Shown here: one piece after another, positions 1 through 8,320 of the stretch
Layout of the letters: each line of letters opens with the position of its first letter
Position numbering within the stretch: the stretch's first letter is position 1
Assembly (NCBI GenBank): GCA_964522435.1
Contig: CAZFUL010000006.1
Coordinates: forward strand, 9,573 to 73,572
Reading direction: 5' to 3'
DNA from: an uncultured Gammaproteobacteria bacterium
GTDB taxonomy: Bacteria > Patescibacteriota > Patescibacteriia > Magasanikbacterales > UBA922
DNA: 64,000 bases
Made by a program: the position numbers and the translations under genes
The notes under the pieces: model-generated
Told to the model about the DNA's origin: nothing
Database searches by the model: none
What the model saw: only the letters and a program-made list of their open reading frames with translations

Positions 1-607
1 GTAATTCTTTTAAATTGGGGGTGTTATCAATATCAATACCACCAAAATAATGCTCAGAACTTTGCGCAAAGGCATGGGTAAATTGAATCCCCCGTTTGCG
101 AGTTTCTTCATATACTTTGCTAAAATCTTGCACATTTTCTGGCAAAATCGTAAAGGCTAAGCGTAAATTTTTCATGCCTAAGCGTTGCAAGCGTTCTATT
201 GTTTCCATATCTTTTTCCCAAGCATGCGGAATTTTGCGAATTTGTTCGTGCATGTCGCCATAGCCATCAACAGACACCGCAACCCCAATATCTGGCTTGA
301 TTTGCAGAATTTTTTTCATTTGGCGTTCAATCAAGGCAGGCGTAAAGCCATTCGTAGAAATAACCATGCGTGCTTTAGGACAGCGTTTGTTCACCACCTG
401 AATAATATCTGGAATGTCGGTGCGCAAAAATGGCTCACCACCAGAGATATTAATATCCCGTAAGCTTTGCGGAATTTTTTCATATTCTTTCACGGGCAAT
501 TCAGGAAAATTTTTAATTTTCCAAATATCACACATGATACATTTTGAATTACAATTGTAGGTAATTCCTAACACGCAGTCGATAGGAAGTTGCAGGTTTT
601 GTGACAT
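1..607 (-). CDS. Radical SAM domain protein, N-terminal ~200 aa (gene runs past window start)
   Basis: Minus-strand translation from ATG at 605-607 gives MSQNLQLPIDCVLGITYNCNSKCIMCDIW... with a CX3CX2C cluster (CNSKCIMC) and a GGEPFL motif typical of radical SAM enzymes. In-frame stop upstream at 629-631. Not in the ORF track because it is truncated by the window edge. Confidence 0.75.
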   Translation of the reverse strand, partial: MSQNLQLPIDCVLGITYNCNSKCIMCDIWKIKNFPELPVKEYEKIPQSLRDINISGGEPFLRTDIPDIIQVVNKRCPKARMVISTNGFTPALIERQMKKILQIKPDIGVAVSVDGYGDMHEQIRKIPHAWEKDMETIERLQRLGMKNLRLAFTILPENVQDFSKVYEETRKRGIQFTHAFAQSSEHYFGGIDIDNTPNLKEL

Positions 608-655
608 ACCACCGGTAGATACGGATGCTCAAGTAACTATAGGCATATTGTATCA

Positions 656-958
656 ATGTTAGCACAAAATCGCAACGCTCCAATTACTATTTACAAAAAA
701 ATTACCGTTGGTTATAGTTACTCTATTATTCATAACCAATATCTTCCTATGGAGGGAAATATCACCAGCATGCTGGCGTCTATTATGGATCATGTAACCC
801 AGATAGACGTTACCATGCATGATCGCTTTGATGCGATTGAGGAGCGCATTGCGCAAATACAAAGAGGTCTTACTATCGTTGACGCAGCTGTTGAAGAACT
901 GCAACAAACAACAGACGCCGCCTATGATGTGCTGCAACAAAAACACCGTGCATCATAA
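656..958 (+). CDS. Hypothetical small protein (more likely start at Met ~750, MEGNITSM...)
   Basis: 100-aa ORF divergent from the radical SAM gene. No recognisable domain. Predicted helical/coiled-coil C-terminus. Confidence 0.3.
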   Translation: MLAQNRNAPITIYKKITVGYSYSIIHNQYLPMEGNITSMLASIMDHVTQIDVTMHDRFDAIEERIAQIQRGLTIVDAAVEELQQTTDAAYDVLQQKHRAS

Positions 959-1016
959 ACAGGATACGAAAAAACATGGGTTGAACCCCATGTTTTTTTA
1001 TACTCCTCAGCTCAGG

Positions 1017-1505
1017 TTATTCTCCACGTGATACTCTCATAGAGAGCATTGCCATTTCTTGTTCTTGTGTTTTGTATAGTCCAATAAACCCATCGACATG
1101 ATGCATCATATCATCTCGCACTTGCTCTATTTTTTCATCAAGCCAAAGAATATCGTCTTTGGTTGCCATTGCAACTCGTATACTCGCACTGTCTTTTTTC
1201 GATTCTTTGCGTAAATCGGCAATACCTTGCTTTGTTTCCTTTCGTAGTTCCGCAATATCTTGCTTTGTTTCTTTTCGTAATTCCGCAATATCCTGTTTTG
1301 TTTCTTTTCGTAATTCCGCAATATCCTGTTTTGTTTCTTTTCGTAATTCCGCAATATCTTGTTTTAATTCTTGTCGTAGACTGGTAAGATCATCTTTAGT
1401 TGCCATTTCAGCACGAATAGCGGCAATATCGTCTTTCGTTGCAGCATTATCTTTAATAAACATAACGATCTCAAAAAGATCTTGTATTGTTGCTTCTCCT
1501 TGCAT
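1017..1505 (-). CDS. Hypothetical coiled-coil protein with 5 tandem 11-aa repeats (ELRKETKQDIA)
   Basis: 162-aa ORF. The internal repeats are encoded by near-perfect 33-bp tandem DNA repeats. Confidence 0.5.
   Translation of the reverse strand: MQGEATIQDLFEIVMFIKDNAATKDDIAAIRAEMATKDDLTSLRQELKQDIAELRKETKQDIAELRKETKQDIAELRKETKQDIAELRKETKQGIADLRKESKKDSASIRVAMATKDDILWLDEKIEQVRDDMMHHVDGFIGLYKTQEQEMAMLSMRVSRGE
1219..1383. repeat. Tandem repeat, 33-bp unit x ~5 (gcaatatcYtgYtttgtttcYtttcgtaRttcc), in-frame within CDS 1017-1505
   Basis: Direct reading of consecutive units at 1219, 1252, 1285, 1318, 1351. Copies 3 and 4 are identical. Confidence 0.85.
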
Positions 1506-1586
1506 ATATGATTATAGAATATATAGACTAATCATATCTTCCTCTCTACAAAAGGTCAACAAAAAAATGAAAAAAAACAAAAATGG

Positions 1587-2669
1587 TTATACGGCCTTTT
1601 TCTTAAGGCAGGATTGATACACCTGAGCATAGGCACCAATCATTTTTTCTAAGCCAAAATGTGTCTTTGCATACATTCTGGCAGCAGCTCCAAGCGTGCT
1701 ACGAAGTGAGGGATCTTCTAGCGTTGTTTGGATCATGTTGTGCAAGGCATCAACATCCTCTGCCGGAACCAAAAGACCCGTTTGTTGCTGTTGAATAAGT
1801 TCTGGAATACCACCCACGGCAGACCCAATAACCACACGACCCGCAGCAAAGGCTTCCATAATCACGACCCCCAAGCCTTCCCAACGAGATGGAACAACGA
1901 CCACATCGTGGTTGGATAACAACCCAGCAACATCAGCCGTTGGCACAAGAACAGTCACCTGCTGTTGCAATTGATAGCGTGCGACAAGTGTCTCCAAAAG
2001 TTGTTTATCTTCCCCTTCTCCCACAATACTCAATTGCCAATTTTTTTCTTGCACCCGAGCAAAGGCCTGCAATCCGATATCAAACCCTTTTTGTTTGGTG
2101 ATACGCCCCAGCATAAGATAGCGAAGCTCTTTCTTTTTTGTAAGAGCAGGCACAGACAAAAACTGCGATAGATCAATTCCCGGACGAATCACCTGCATGT
2201 CTGTAATGCCATAATGTTTCATTGAGTAGCTGCGTATAGCGTCAGAAACAGCAACATGGGTACTTGTATGGTGTGTGGTTTGTTTTTTTACCCAATTGCG
2301 AATAGCGCCATCCGCATAATTGGTGTTATGTTCTGTGGTAACAATGGGTAGCCCTACTTGTCGAGCAGCAACACGACCCCATATATCTGGGGCAAATAAA
2401 TGGGTGTGAACAATATCCGGGTTTAGTTCTGTAAGTTTTTTTCTCAAATCAGCAAATAACCCCAAACTCAATTTTCCTTTTTTTTCTACCACATGCACAG
2501 ACACATCGGTGGTGATTTGTTCTGCTAAACGAATATCATCTCGCAGCGTAACAATACTAAAGCGATAGCTGTGTTTATCAGCATGATTGACCAAATCAAC
2601 AACAAACCGCTGTGCTCCGCCAAAGGACAAATCGGTAATGATGTGGACAATGTGAATTTGTTTTTTCAT
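1587..2669 (-). CDS. Glycosyltransferase family 4 (GT-B fold)
   Basis: 360 aa. Has the C-terminal GT4 signature region ...VVVVPSRWEGLGVVIMEAFAAGRVVIGSAVGGIPELI... (EX7E-type motif). N-terminal part is HIVTDLSFGGAQRFV. Confidence 0.85.
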   Translation of the reverse strand: MKKQIHIVHIITDLSFGGAQRFVVDLVNHADKHSYRFSIVTLRDDIRLAEQITTDVSVHVVEKKGKLSLGLFADLRKKLTELNPDIVHTHLFAPDIWGRVAARQVGLPIVTTEHNTNYADGAIRNWVKKQTTHHTSTHVAVSDAIRSYSMKHYGITDMQVIRPGIDLSQFLSVPALTKKKELRYLMLGRITKQKGFDIGLQAFARVQEKNWQLSIVGEGEDKQLLETLVARYQLQQQVTVLVPTADVAGLLSNHDVVVVPSRWEGLGVVIMEAFAAGRVVIGSAVGGIPELIQQQQTGLLVPAEDVDALHNMIQTTLEDPSLRSTLGAAARMYAKTHFGLEKMIGAYAQVYQSCLKKKAV

Positions 2670-2678
2670 GAGCCAACA

Positions 2679-4118
2679 TTAATTATCTTTTTTTGTTACC
2701 ACTGCAAGCGCCACCCCAAGTGGGAGCCACATAACACTACTAAAATACGAGGTATTAAAGAGTTGAAACCCAATCGCCGCAACGGCCATTAAGAACATGG
2801 TTTGATATAACAGTCGTTGTTCGCCATGCTCTGCTGCCCGATATTTTTTATACAAAAATACCAAAATATATCCTAAACAGGCAGTAAACAATACCAAGCC
2901 CAACACGCCATATTCCAACAACACTTTTTGGATATAGCCATGGGCATCAAGCGGATCACCAAAATCCATGGTAAAGGCACGGGTTTGTTCTAACACAGGA
3001 ATATACATACCTGGTCCGTAGCCAATAAACGGAGAACGCGTTACCATATAGCTCACAATGTCTGTGGTAAGTAAGCGTGATGCGGTAGAACTTTGTGCGG
3101 TATGTGATACCAAAAAAAATCCCATATAGCCCACTAACAAAAGCGCGATACTCACCAATATTGGTTTGTAGGCTTGCCAGTATGCGCTGGTTTTTTTTCT
3201 ATACTCGGGCGAGTGATACAGCACAAAGCCAGCCAAGGTAGCAACAACAATCCATGCTGCCCGAGATAAGGTAAGTAAACTCGCAATAAAAATAATCCCT
3301 GTCCCCCATTGATATAGGCGTTGTTTCCAGGCTGCCTCATGGAGCTGTTTTTGCAATACTACATATAACGAAATAGGCAGCACGGTTACCAGCACTTCTG
3401 CCAACACATTATGGTTAAATCCAAAGGGAGTAATGCCCCAAAAGGTATAGGGTTGCACGCGAAACACATCACCACTTTGTGCAACCACTAATGATGATAG
3501 TCCAAACAAGGCAGCAAAGAGGCCAACCCAAAACCAAATACGAAAGAGTTGTTGCATGGCCTCTTCTTTTCGTAAGACAACTAAAGGCAACAACACATAC
3601 GCAGCAAACACAAAGGCGGGTTTGCGGATAAGGGCATACAGACTTTCAAATACACGATAATCAAAGGCATGGACACTCGCTACAACACCTACCAGCAAAA
3701 ATGCGCCATACAACAAACAAAGATGAAGCACGAGTTTTTTTCGTTGCGCGGGTATGCTCGTTATGTGGGTCATAAGGGCACAGAGCGTTGTCACTACTAA
3801 AAATGCCGCAATAAAATCCACCACCGGGGCATCAACCGCATTGAGATACGGAATACGCCGCGACCATTCATATTGAGAAAAATAAATCCCAATAGTAGAA
3901 AAAAAAGAACATGCCGCCAAAAGAAGTATCCCCCCTTGGGCATAAACCAACGCGGCGATAAAGGCAACAAGCGCAAATAAGAACGCAGCAAATAAAGAAA
4001 AGTTCCCTAACAGAATCGTAATAACCGATACCCCGAAAAACAGGATCAACCAAAATATACGCCTTGCGGGTGTTGGTTCTTTCATGCCATGGAGTAAATT
4101 GGTTCTTGGGTCGGCCAT
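2679..4118 (-). CDS. O-antigen ligase / polysaccharide polymerase-like polytopic membrane protein
   Basis: 479 aa with >10 predicted TM helices and a central loop (LSRAAWIVVATLAGFVLY...) resembling the Wzy_C/O-antigen ligase domain. Adjacent to a GT4 gene. Confidence 0.5.
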   Translation of the reverse strand: MADPRTNLLHGMKEPTPARRIFWLILFFGVSVITILLGNFSLFAAFLFALVAFIAALVYAQGGILLLAACSFFSTIGIYFSQYEWSRRIPYLNAVDAPVVDFIAAFLVVTTLCALMTHITSIPAQRKKLVLHLCLLYGAFLLVGVVASVHAFDYRVFESLYALIRKPAFVFAAYVLLPLVVLRKEEAMQQLFRIWFWVGLFAALFGLSSLVVAQSGDVFRVQPYTFWGITPFGFNHNVLAEVLVTVLPISLYVVLQKQLHEAAWKQRLYQWGTGIIFIASLLTLSRAAWIVVATLAGFVLYHSPEYRKKTSAYWQAYKPILVSIALLLVGYMGFFLVSHTAQSSTASRLLTTDIVSYMVTRSPFIGYGPGMYIPVLEQTRAFTMDFGDPLDAHGYIQKVLLEYGVLGLVLFTACLGYILVFLYKKYRAAEHGEQRLLYQTMFLMAVAAIGFQLFNTSYFSSVMWLPLGVALAVVTKKDN

Positions 4119-4223
4119 GTGAGGGAAATAAAGCAGATTAAGTATAACAGACCCTCCTCTACTCTGACAATAAAAGAAGCGCAGTGACCACCGTGAGTTA
4201 CCTGTTTGTTATTCTAAATTCAG

Positions 4224-4284
4224 AAAAAGATTTTTGGCCGTGGTTTATAAGCCCCAAATTGGCGGAATGTCTTTTTTTATTTTT
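4224..4284 (+). repeat. Structured ~55-nt repeat element, copy 1 (A-run, stems, internal hairpin GTGG-tttataa-GCCCC, T-run)
   Basis: aaaaagatttttggccgtggtttataagccccaaattggcggaatgtcttttttt. Paralogous to copies at 4336 and 4861, with compensatory base changes. Confidence 0.5.
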
Positions 4285-4335
4285 CCACAACCATATACCT
4301 TGACATTGAATGTGCTGTCTGATACTCTAAAAATA

Positions 4336-4393
4336 GAAAAGGCTTTCGGCCGGGGTTTATAAGCCCCAAATTGGCGGAATGCCCTTTTTTGTT
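4336..4393 (+). repeat. Structured ~55-nt repeat element, copy 2
   Basis: gaaaaggctttcggccggggtttataagccccaaattggcggaatgccctttttt. A promoter-like TTGACA(4300-4305)-17 bp-TACTCT lies between copies 1 and 2. Confidence 0.5.
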
Positions 4394-4840
4394 TTATGTC
4401 TCAATCGGAAATATAGACACTAACCATTTTTCCCCTGATCTTTTTTCTTCCTTAAGTTGAACAAAAAACAGTTGTCCATCCTTTGTTTTTCCAGCAAATC
4501 GATGAAGAATTTCAGATGTTCTATCTACGTTATCCTTAGATTCCGGGTCAACGGTGCTATTTTCAATTAACTCAATAGCACAAGGGAAATACTTTACTCG
4601 TCTTATTTTGTCTCGAAAGTTACATTTTTCATGTAAATGATTCCAAAATAGTGGCAGAAAGATTTTTTCCTTATTAAAATATGCCGATCGGACATACGAT
4701 CTTCTTTTTGACTTCTTTCGTATAGTATCGTAAAGGCTATATGCCTTTTTGTATACTTCCTTATATTGCGTTCCTGCTAACGGCAGTGCCTTTGTTTGAT
4801 ATATATTCTTCATATTGCATCTATTGATATCCGGATACAT
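4394..4840 (-). CDS. Hypothetical basic protein (148 aa), flanked by the structured repeats
   Basis: ORF only. No recognisable family. Lys/Arg-rich. Confidence 0.35.
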   Translation of the reverse strand: MYPDINRCNMKNIYQTKALPLAGTQYKEVYKKAYSLYDTIRKKSKRRSYVRSAYFNKEKIFLPLFWNHLHEKCNFRDKIRRVKYFPCAIELIENSTVDPESKDNVDRTSEILHRFAGKTKDGQLFFVQLKEEKRSGEKWLVSIFPIET

Positions 4841-4860
4841 TCATGTTACGTTATTTATAT

Positions 4861-4916
4861 AAAAAGACTTCCGGCCGTGGTTATTGCCACAAATTGGTCG
4901 AAAGCTCTTTTTTATT
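4861..4916 (+). repeat. Structured ~55-nt repeat element, copy 3 (internal hairpin GTGG-ttattg-CCAC)
   Basis: aaaaagacttccggccgtggttattgccacaaattggtcgaaagctctttttt. Covariation relative to copies 1 and 2 keeps the pairing. Confidence 0.5.
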
Positions 4917-4993
4917 TTAATCATAAGGAATGTTTGACTATAGTATCATTGCACGGCATAGCATAACAGGAAAAAACTAAAAAAATACGAAAA

Positions 4994-5026
4994 CAAAAAA
5001 CCCACCGTTCTGGTGAGTTTTTTATT
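4994..5026. terminator. Weak bidirectional intrinsic terminator-like hairpin (CACC-gttct-GGTG flanked by A-run and T-run)
   Basis: aaaaaacccaccgttctggtgagtttttt. Confidence 0.3.
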
Positions 5027-5254
5027 TTCATCTGTTTTCCTTTCTGTTGAAAGAAACACACATGGAATTGGCCCGGGGTGTATGCGTAAAGCAACCCCGG
5101 GGATCTTTTACTTCCCCAGCTCAGTTGGCTAGCGAGCGCAGGTTGTGCGCAGGTCAGGCTCTATGAGCTGGAGAACTGTTAGGTGGGAAAGAGCAAAGGT
5201 AGGTGCCCAGACAGAGTGCCGGGGCAGAGTTGGTGGGGGTCCCTGGTCAGCGGG

Positions 5255-7738
5255 TTAGCGCTGCCAGGGGCCGCAGCCGAGGGCGGCGCGAGGAACAAAG
5301 ATGTTCCCCGGCGCCGCACCGCCGCACGCGTGCTGGTGCTGCACGTACTGGCGCGGAATCCGCGCCCACGCCGCCCCGTTGATGCTGGTCTCGACGACCA
5401 GCGTCTCCAGGGAGGGCGCGCCTGCATCGCAGGAGTAGTACGGCATGGCCGCGTTGAGGTTCCGGGCCACGCGGGCCCAGATCTCGAGGCCGCTGGCGCG
5501 GGTGCACGCCTCAACCCCGTTCATCTCGACGATGAACTCACTCGAGTTGGCCTCGGGGCCAATCTCGATGATGTCATCGCCGTCGGCGGTCGTGAGACCG
5601 CCGTGGATGAGGTGGGGCTGGCAATCAGCACCGCAGGTCATGCGGACGCGGATGGCGGCCGGAGGAGGCGGGGGCGGGGCGGCGACACAGATGCCGCCCA
5701 CGCAGTTCTGGCCCGCGGCGCAGGCGAAGTCCGCGGGGCAGAGGGCCACGCGGCAGTCGCCGTCGTCACAGACCTCGCCCACGCCGCAGTCGGCGTTCTC
5801 GGCGCACTCGGCGGGCGGGGGCGGGGGGGGCTGGACGCACCGGTTGTTGGTGCAGCTCCAGCCCTGGGGGCAGTCCACGACCAGCCGGCAGAAGCCGGGG
5901 ATGGGGTCGCAGGTCCCGTTGTTGCACTCTTCGCCGACATCACAGTCGGCATCCTCCTCGCACTCGAGGGGCAGGGTGCAACGACCGAGCTGGCAGACCT
6001 GGCCACGGGGGCACAGGTTGTTGCCTTCGTCGACATTGCCGTCGCCGTTGTCGTCGCGGGCGTTGCAGAGCTCCGCGGGGGGCTCGCTGCAGTCGAGATC
6101 ATCATCGTCGGTGAGGGTGTCACCGTCGCTGTCGAACCCGTCCGCGCAGAACCACTCCGCGGGGTTGCACTGCCCGTCGCCATCGCGATCCAGGCAGGTC
6201 GTGCAGACCCGGTCATCGCCGGGTGCCTCGCTGCCCGGTACCTGGCACACATGGATGTGGCTGGCCGGGAGGCGGGGGGAAACACAGGCGGAGTAGTTGT
6301 GGGCGGGGAGCCCATCCGCCTGCTGCCGGAAGTCACGGCAGACCCAGTTGGGGTTGAGGCAGGTGCGGTCGGCCAGGCAGGGTGCCCGGCAGGCCGCGTC
6401 GTTCTCGTCCTCGTTGGCGCTTTCGCCGCAGAGAACGTTGTCATCGATGGAGCCGTTGCAGTCGTTGTCGATGCCGTCGAAGGCCTCGGTCACCGGGTTG
6501 CCCGGCTGGCCGCTGCACTCGACAGCGCCCTGGTTGTTGCAGACGAAAGCTCCGGGGCGCTGACAAGCGCCCACGCCGACGGTGCAGGCACCGCCGACGT
6601 TGAAACCTTCGTCCGTGCGGCCATCGCAGTCGTTGTCGTCCCCGTCACACCGCTCGTTCTGCGGCGCGATGGGGTCGTCGTTGGGAATGCACAACGCGTT
6701 CATCCCCCCGTTGGGGGGACAGACCACGATGCCGGGCTGGGCGCATTCGCCCTGCCCGAAGGTGCAGTCTTCCCCGACATTGAAGTCTTCGTCGCTCTGA
6801 CCATCACAGTCGTCGTCGATGTTGTTGCAGGTCTCCTCGCCAGGGGCGAGGGGCTGGCCCACACAAAGGGCCGCGCCGGAGAGGTTGGCGGGGTTGCACA
6901 CCCGCTCACCCTGAACCATGCAGGCACCGAGACCCACGTCGCAGGCCTCATCGAGGTTGAAGTCTTCGTCGCTCTGGCCATCACAGTCGTCGTCGATGCC
7001 GTTGCAGAGTTCGTTGGCCACAGGCTGGCCCGCCACGGCGTCGCAGACGACGCCGTTGAGCTGCGCATTGCAGACCAGTTCACCCGCCGTGAGGCAGGCG
7101 CCCTGGCCGGCGTTGCAGGCCTCCCCAAGGGTGGGGAAGGTCTCGTCGGTCTGGCCATCGCAGTCGTTGTCGCGCCCGTCGCAGAGCTCCGCCTGGGGAG
7201 GCGGGCCCGCGGGGGCGTTGCAGACAACGGCGCCCTGGGCGTTACACGCCCGGACGCCCTGCGCGGCGCAGTCACCGTCGCCGAGGTTGCAAACGCCCCC
7301 GATGGTGTTGTTACCTTCGGGGCCGAAGTCCTCGTCGACGGTGCCGTCGCAGTCGTTGTCGACGCTGTCACAGGTCTCGGCCACAGGCGCTCCGGGCTGG
7401 AGCGGCAGGCCATCCGCACCCTCGCACTCGAGGGCGAGGAGGTCGGCCGTGGGGCCCATCACGCCCATCCGGTGACAGGCGCCGACGCCCGTCTCACAGG
7501 GCTGGCCGGCGTTCTCGAAACCCTCATCAACACGACCGTCACAGTCGTTGTCGCGGCCGTCCCGGAGCTCGGGGAGCCCCAGGCCGGAGTTGTTGTCTCC
7601 GTCGTTGCAGTCGATGCGGGCGGGGTCGGAGCTCTCGCCGAGCTCCTTCTTCCGCCCGAGGTTGAAGTCATCACCGCAGCCCGTGAGGGCCGCGAGAGGA
7701 AGGCTCACAAAGAGCCAGAACAGGATGCGCACGTTCAT
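5255..7738 (-). CDS. Secreted lipoprotein with 7 MopE-like putative metal-binding repeats (C-x-DG-x-DNDCDG-x-DE) plus C-terminal Cys-rich/poly-Pro modules
   Basis: 827 aa. Lipoprotein signal MNVRILFWLFVSLPLAALTGC. Repeats include GRDNDCDGRVDEGF, DSVDNDCDGTVDEDF, GRDNDCDGQTDETF, IDDDCDGQSDEDF (x2), DDNDCDGRTDEGF and IDNDCNGSIDDN. PPPPPP linkers. Confidence 0.7.
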   Translation of the reverse strand: MNVRILFWLFVSLPLAALTGCGDDFNLGRKKELGESSDPARIDCNDGDNNSGLGLPELRDGRDNDCDGRVDEGFENAGQPCETGVGACHRMGVMGPTADLLALECEGADGLPLQPGAPVAETCDSVDNDCDGTVDEDFGPEGNNTIGGVCNLGDGDCAAQGVRACNAQGAVVCNAPAGPPPQAELCDGRDNDCDGQTDETFPTLGEACNAGQGACLTAGELVCNAQLNGVVCDAVAGQPVANELCNGIDDDCDGQSDEDFNLDEACDVGLGACMVQGERVCNPANLSGAALCVGQPLAPGEETCNNIDDDCDGQSDEDFNVGEDCTFGQGECAQPGIVVCPPNGGMNALCIPNDDPIAPQNERCDGDDNDCDGRTDEGFNVGGACTVGVGACQRPGAFVCNNQGAVECSGQPGNPVTEAFDGIDNDCNGSIDDNVLCGESANEDENDAACRAPCLADRTCLNPNWVCRDFRQQADGLPAHNYSACVSPRLPASHIHVCQVPGSEAPGDDRVCTTCLDRDGDGQCNPAEWFCADGFDSDGDTLTDDDDLDCSEPPAELCNARDDNGDGNVDEGNNLCPRGQVCQLGRCTLPLECEEDADCDVGEECNNGTCDPIPGFCRLVVDCPQGWSCTNNRCVQPPPPPPAECAENADCGVGEVCDDGDCRVALCPADFACAAGQNCVGGICVAAPPPPPPAAIRVRMTCGADCQPHLIHGGLTTADGDDIIEIGPEANSSEFIVEMNGVEACTRASGLEIWARVARNLNAAMPYYSCDAGAPSLETLVVETSINGAAWARIPRQYVQHQHACGGAAPGNIFVPRAALGCGPWQR

Positions 7739-8320
7739 GGTGCGATCTCCTTATAGTCAGCAGTGGGTGCTCTCGCCTTCCCCACTCACATCAAACGATG
7801 ATCACCATCTAGGTCACGCCGATATGCTTATGCCTCATTGGTATTGAGGTAAGCAATCATTGTTTCCCCGAGCAACTTTACCGTTACCCGCGCGTTCTCC
7901 TCCCCTAACGATGGGGCAAAGAACTGATGGCATTCACAATCTTTCAGTAAGTAGAGTTGGTTCAAGCGGTTGTACGCACAGATGCCCGAGCTGGGCAAAC
8001 CATACCCGAGCACCGTGCCGGGTTACTGTACGCAGGAAAGTGCTCTTTGTTTTTGTAGAGCAGCTTCATGCGTACAGCAACGCCGGAGGCGTATCTATAT
8101 TATTACTTTTATTCCTCAATTGTAAGGATCAAATTGCTAAACAGTCAGCGCATCATTAAACACTATGTTTGATCATTTGTCAATGGTACGCAGTTCTGTT
8201 CCCCACTGGCGCGAGGTACAGAGTCGATTTGATTCGGCCTCGGTATACGAGGCACCAGTGGGAGGGGGGTTCGGGGATTTGCTTGAGGGGAGAGGCGGGT
8301 GGGGCACCCGGGACAGCCGA

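Noticed and set aside
185-463. 92-aa plus-strand ORF
   Set aside because: Lies antisense within the well-supported minus-strand radical SAM gene (1-607). Low-complexity translation.
1127-1617. Overlapping ORFs 1127-1354(-), 1159-1617(+), 1163-1387(+)
   Set aside because: Alternative-frame readings of the 33-bp tandem repeat region. Only the 1017-1505(-) frame gives a coherent protein with coiled-coil flanks.
4224-4916. Possible CRISPR array
   Set aside because: Only three degenerate copies with irregular spacing (112 bp and 525 bp) and internal secondary structure unlike CRISPR repeats. No cas genes in the window.
5107-5162. tRNA-like sequence (…CCAGCTCAGTTGGCTAGCGAGCGCAGGTTGTGCGCAGG…GAGCTGG)
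   Set aside because: A 7-bp acceptor-like stem and D-arm-like GCTC…GAGC can be drawn. The candidate anticodon loop AGGTTGT lacks U33 and no T-arm (GTTC-type) can be folded. Judged a chance resemblance or degraded fragment at the GC-island edge.
5183-7756. 857-aa plus-strand ORF
   Set aside because: Antisense to the MopE-like repeat gene. Long stop-free antisense frames are expected at ~68% GC. Translation is Ala/Gly/Val/Arg low complexity with no signal or domain.
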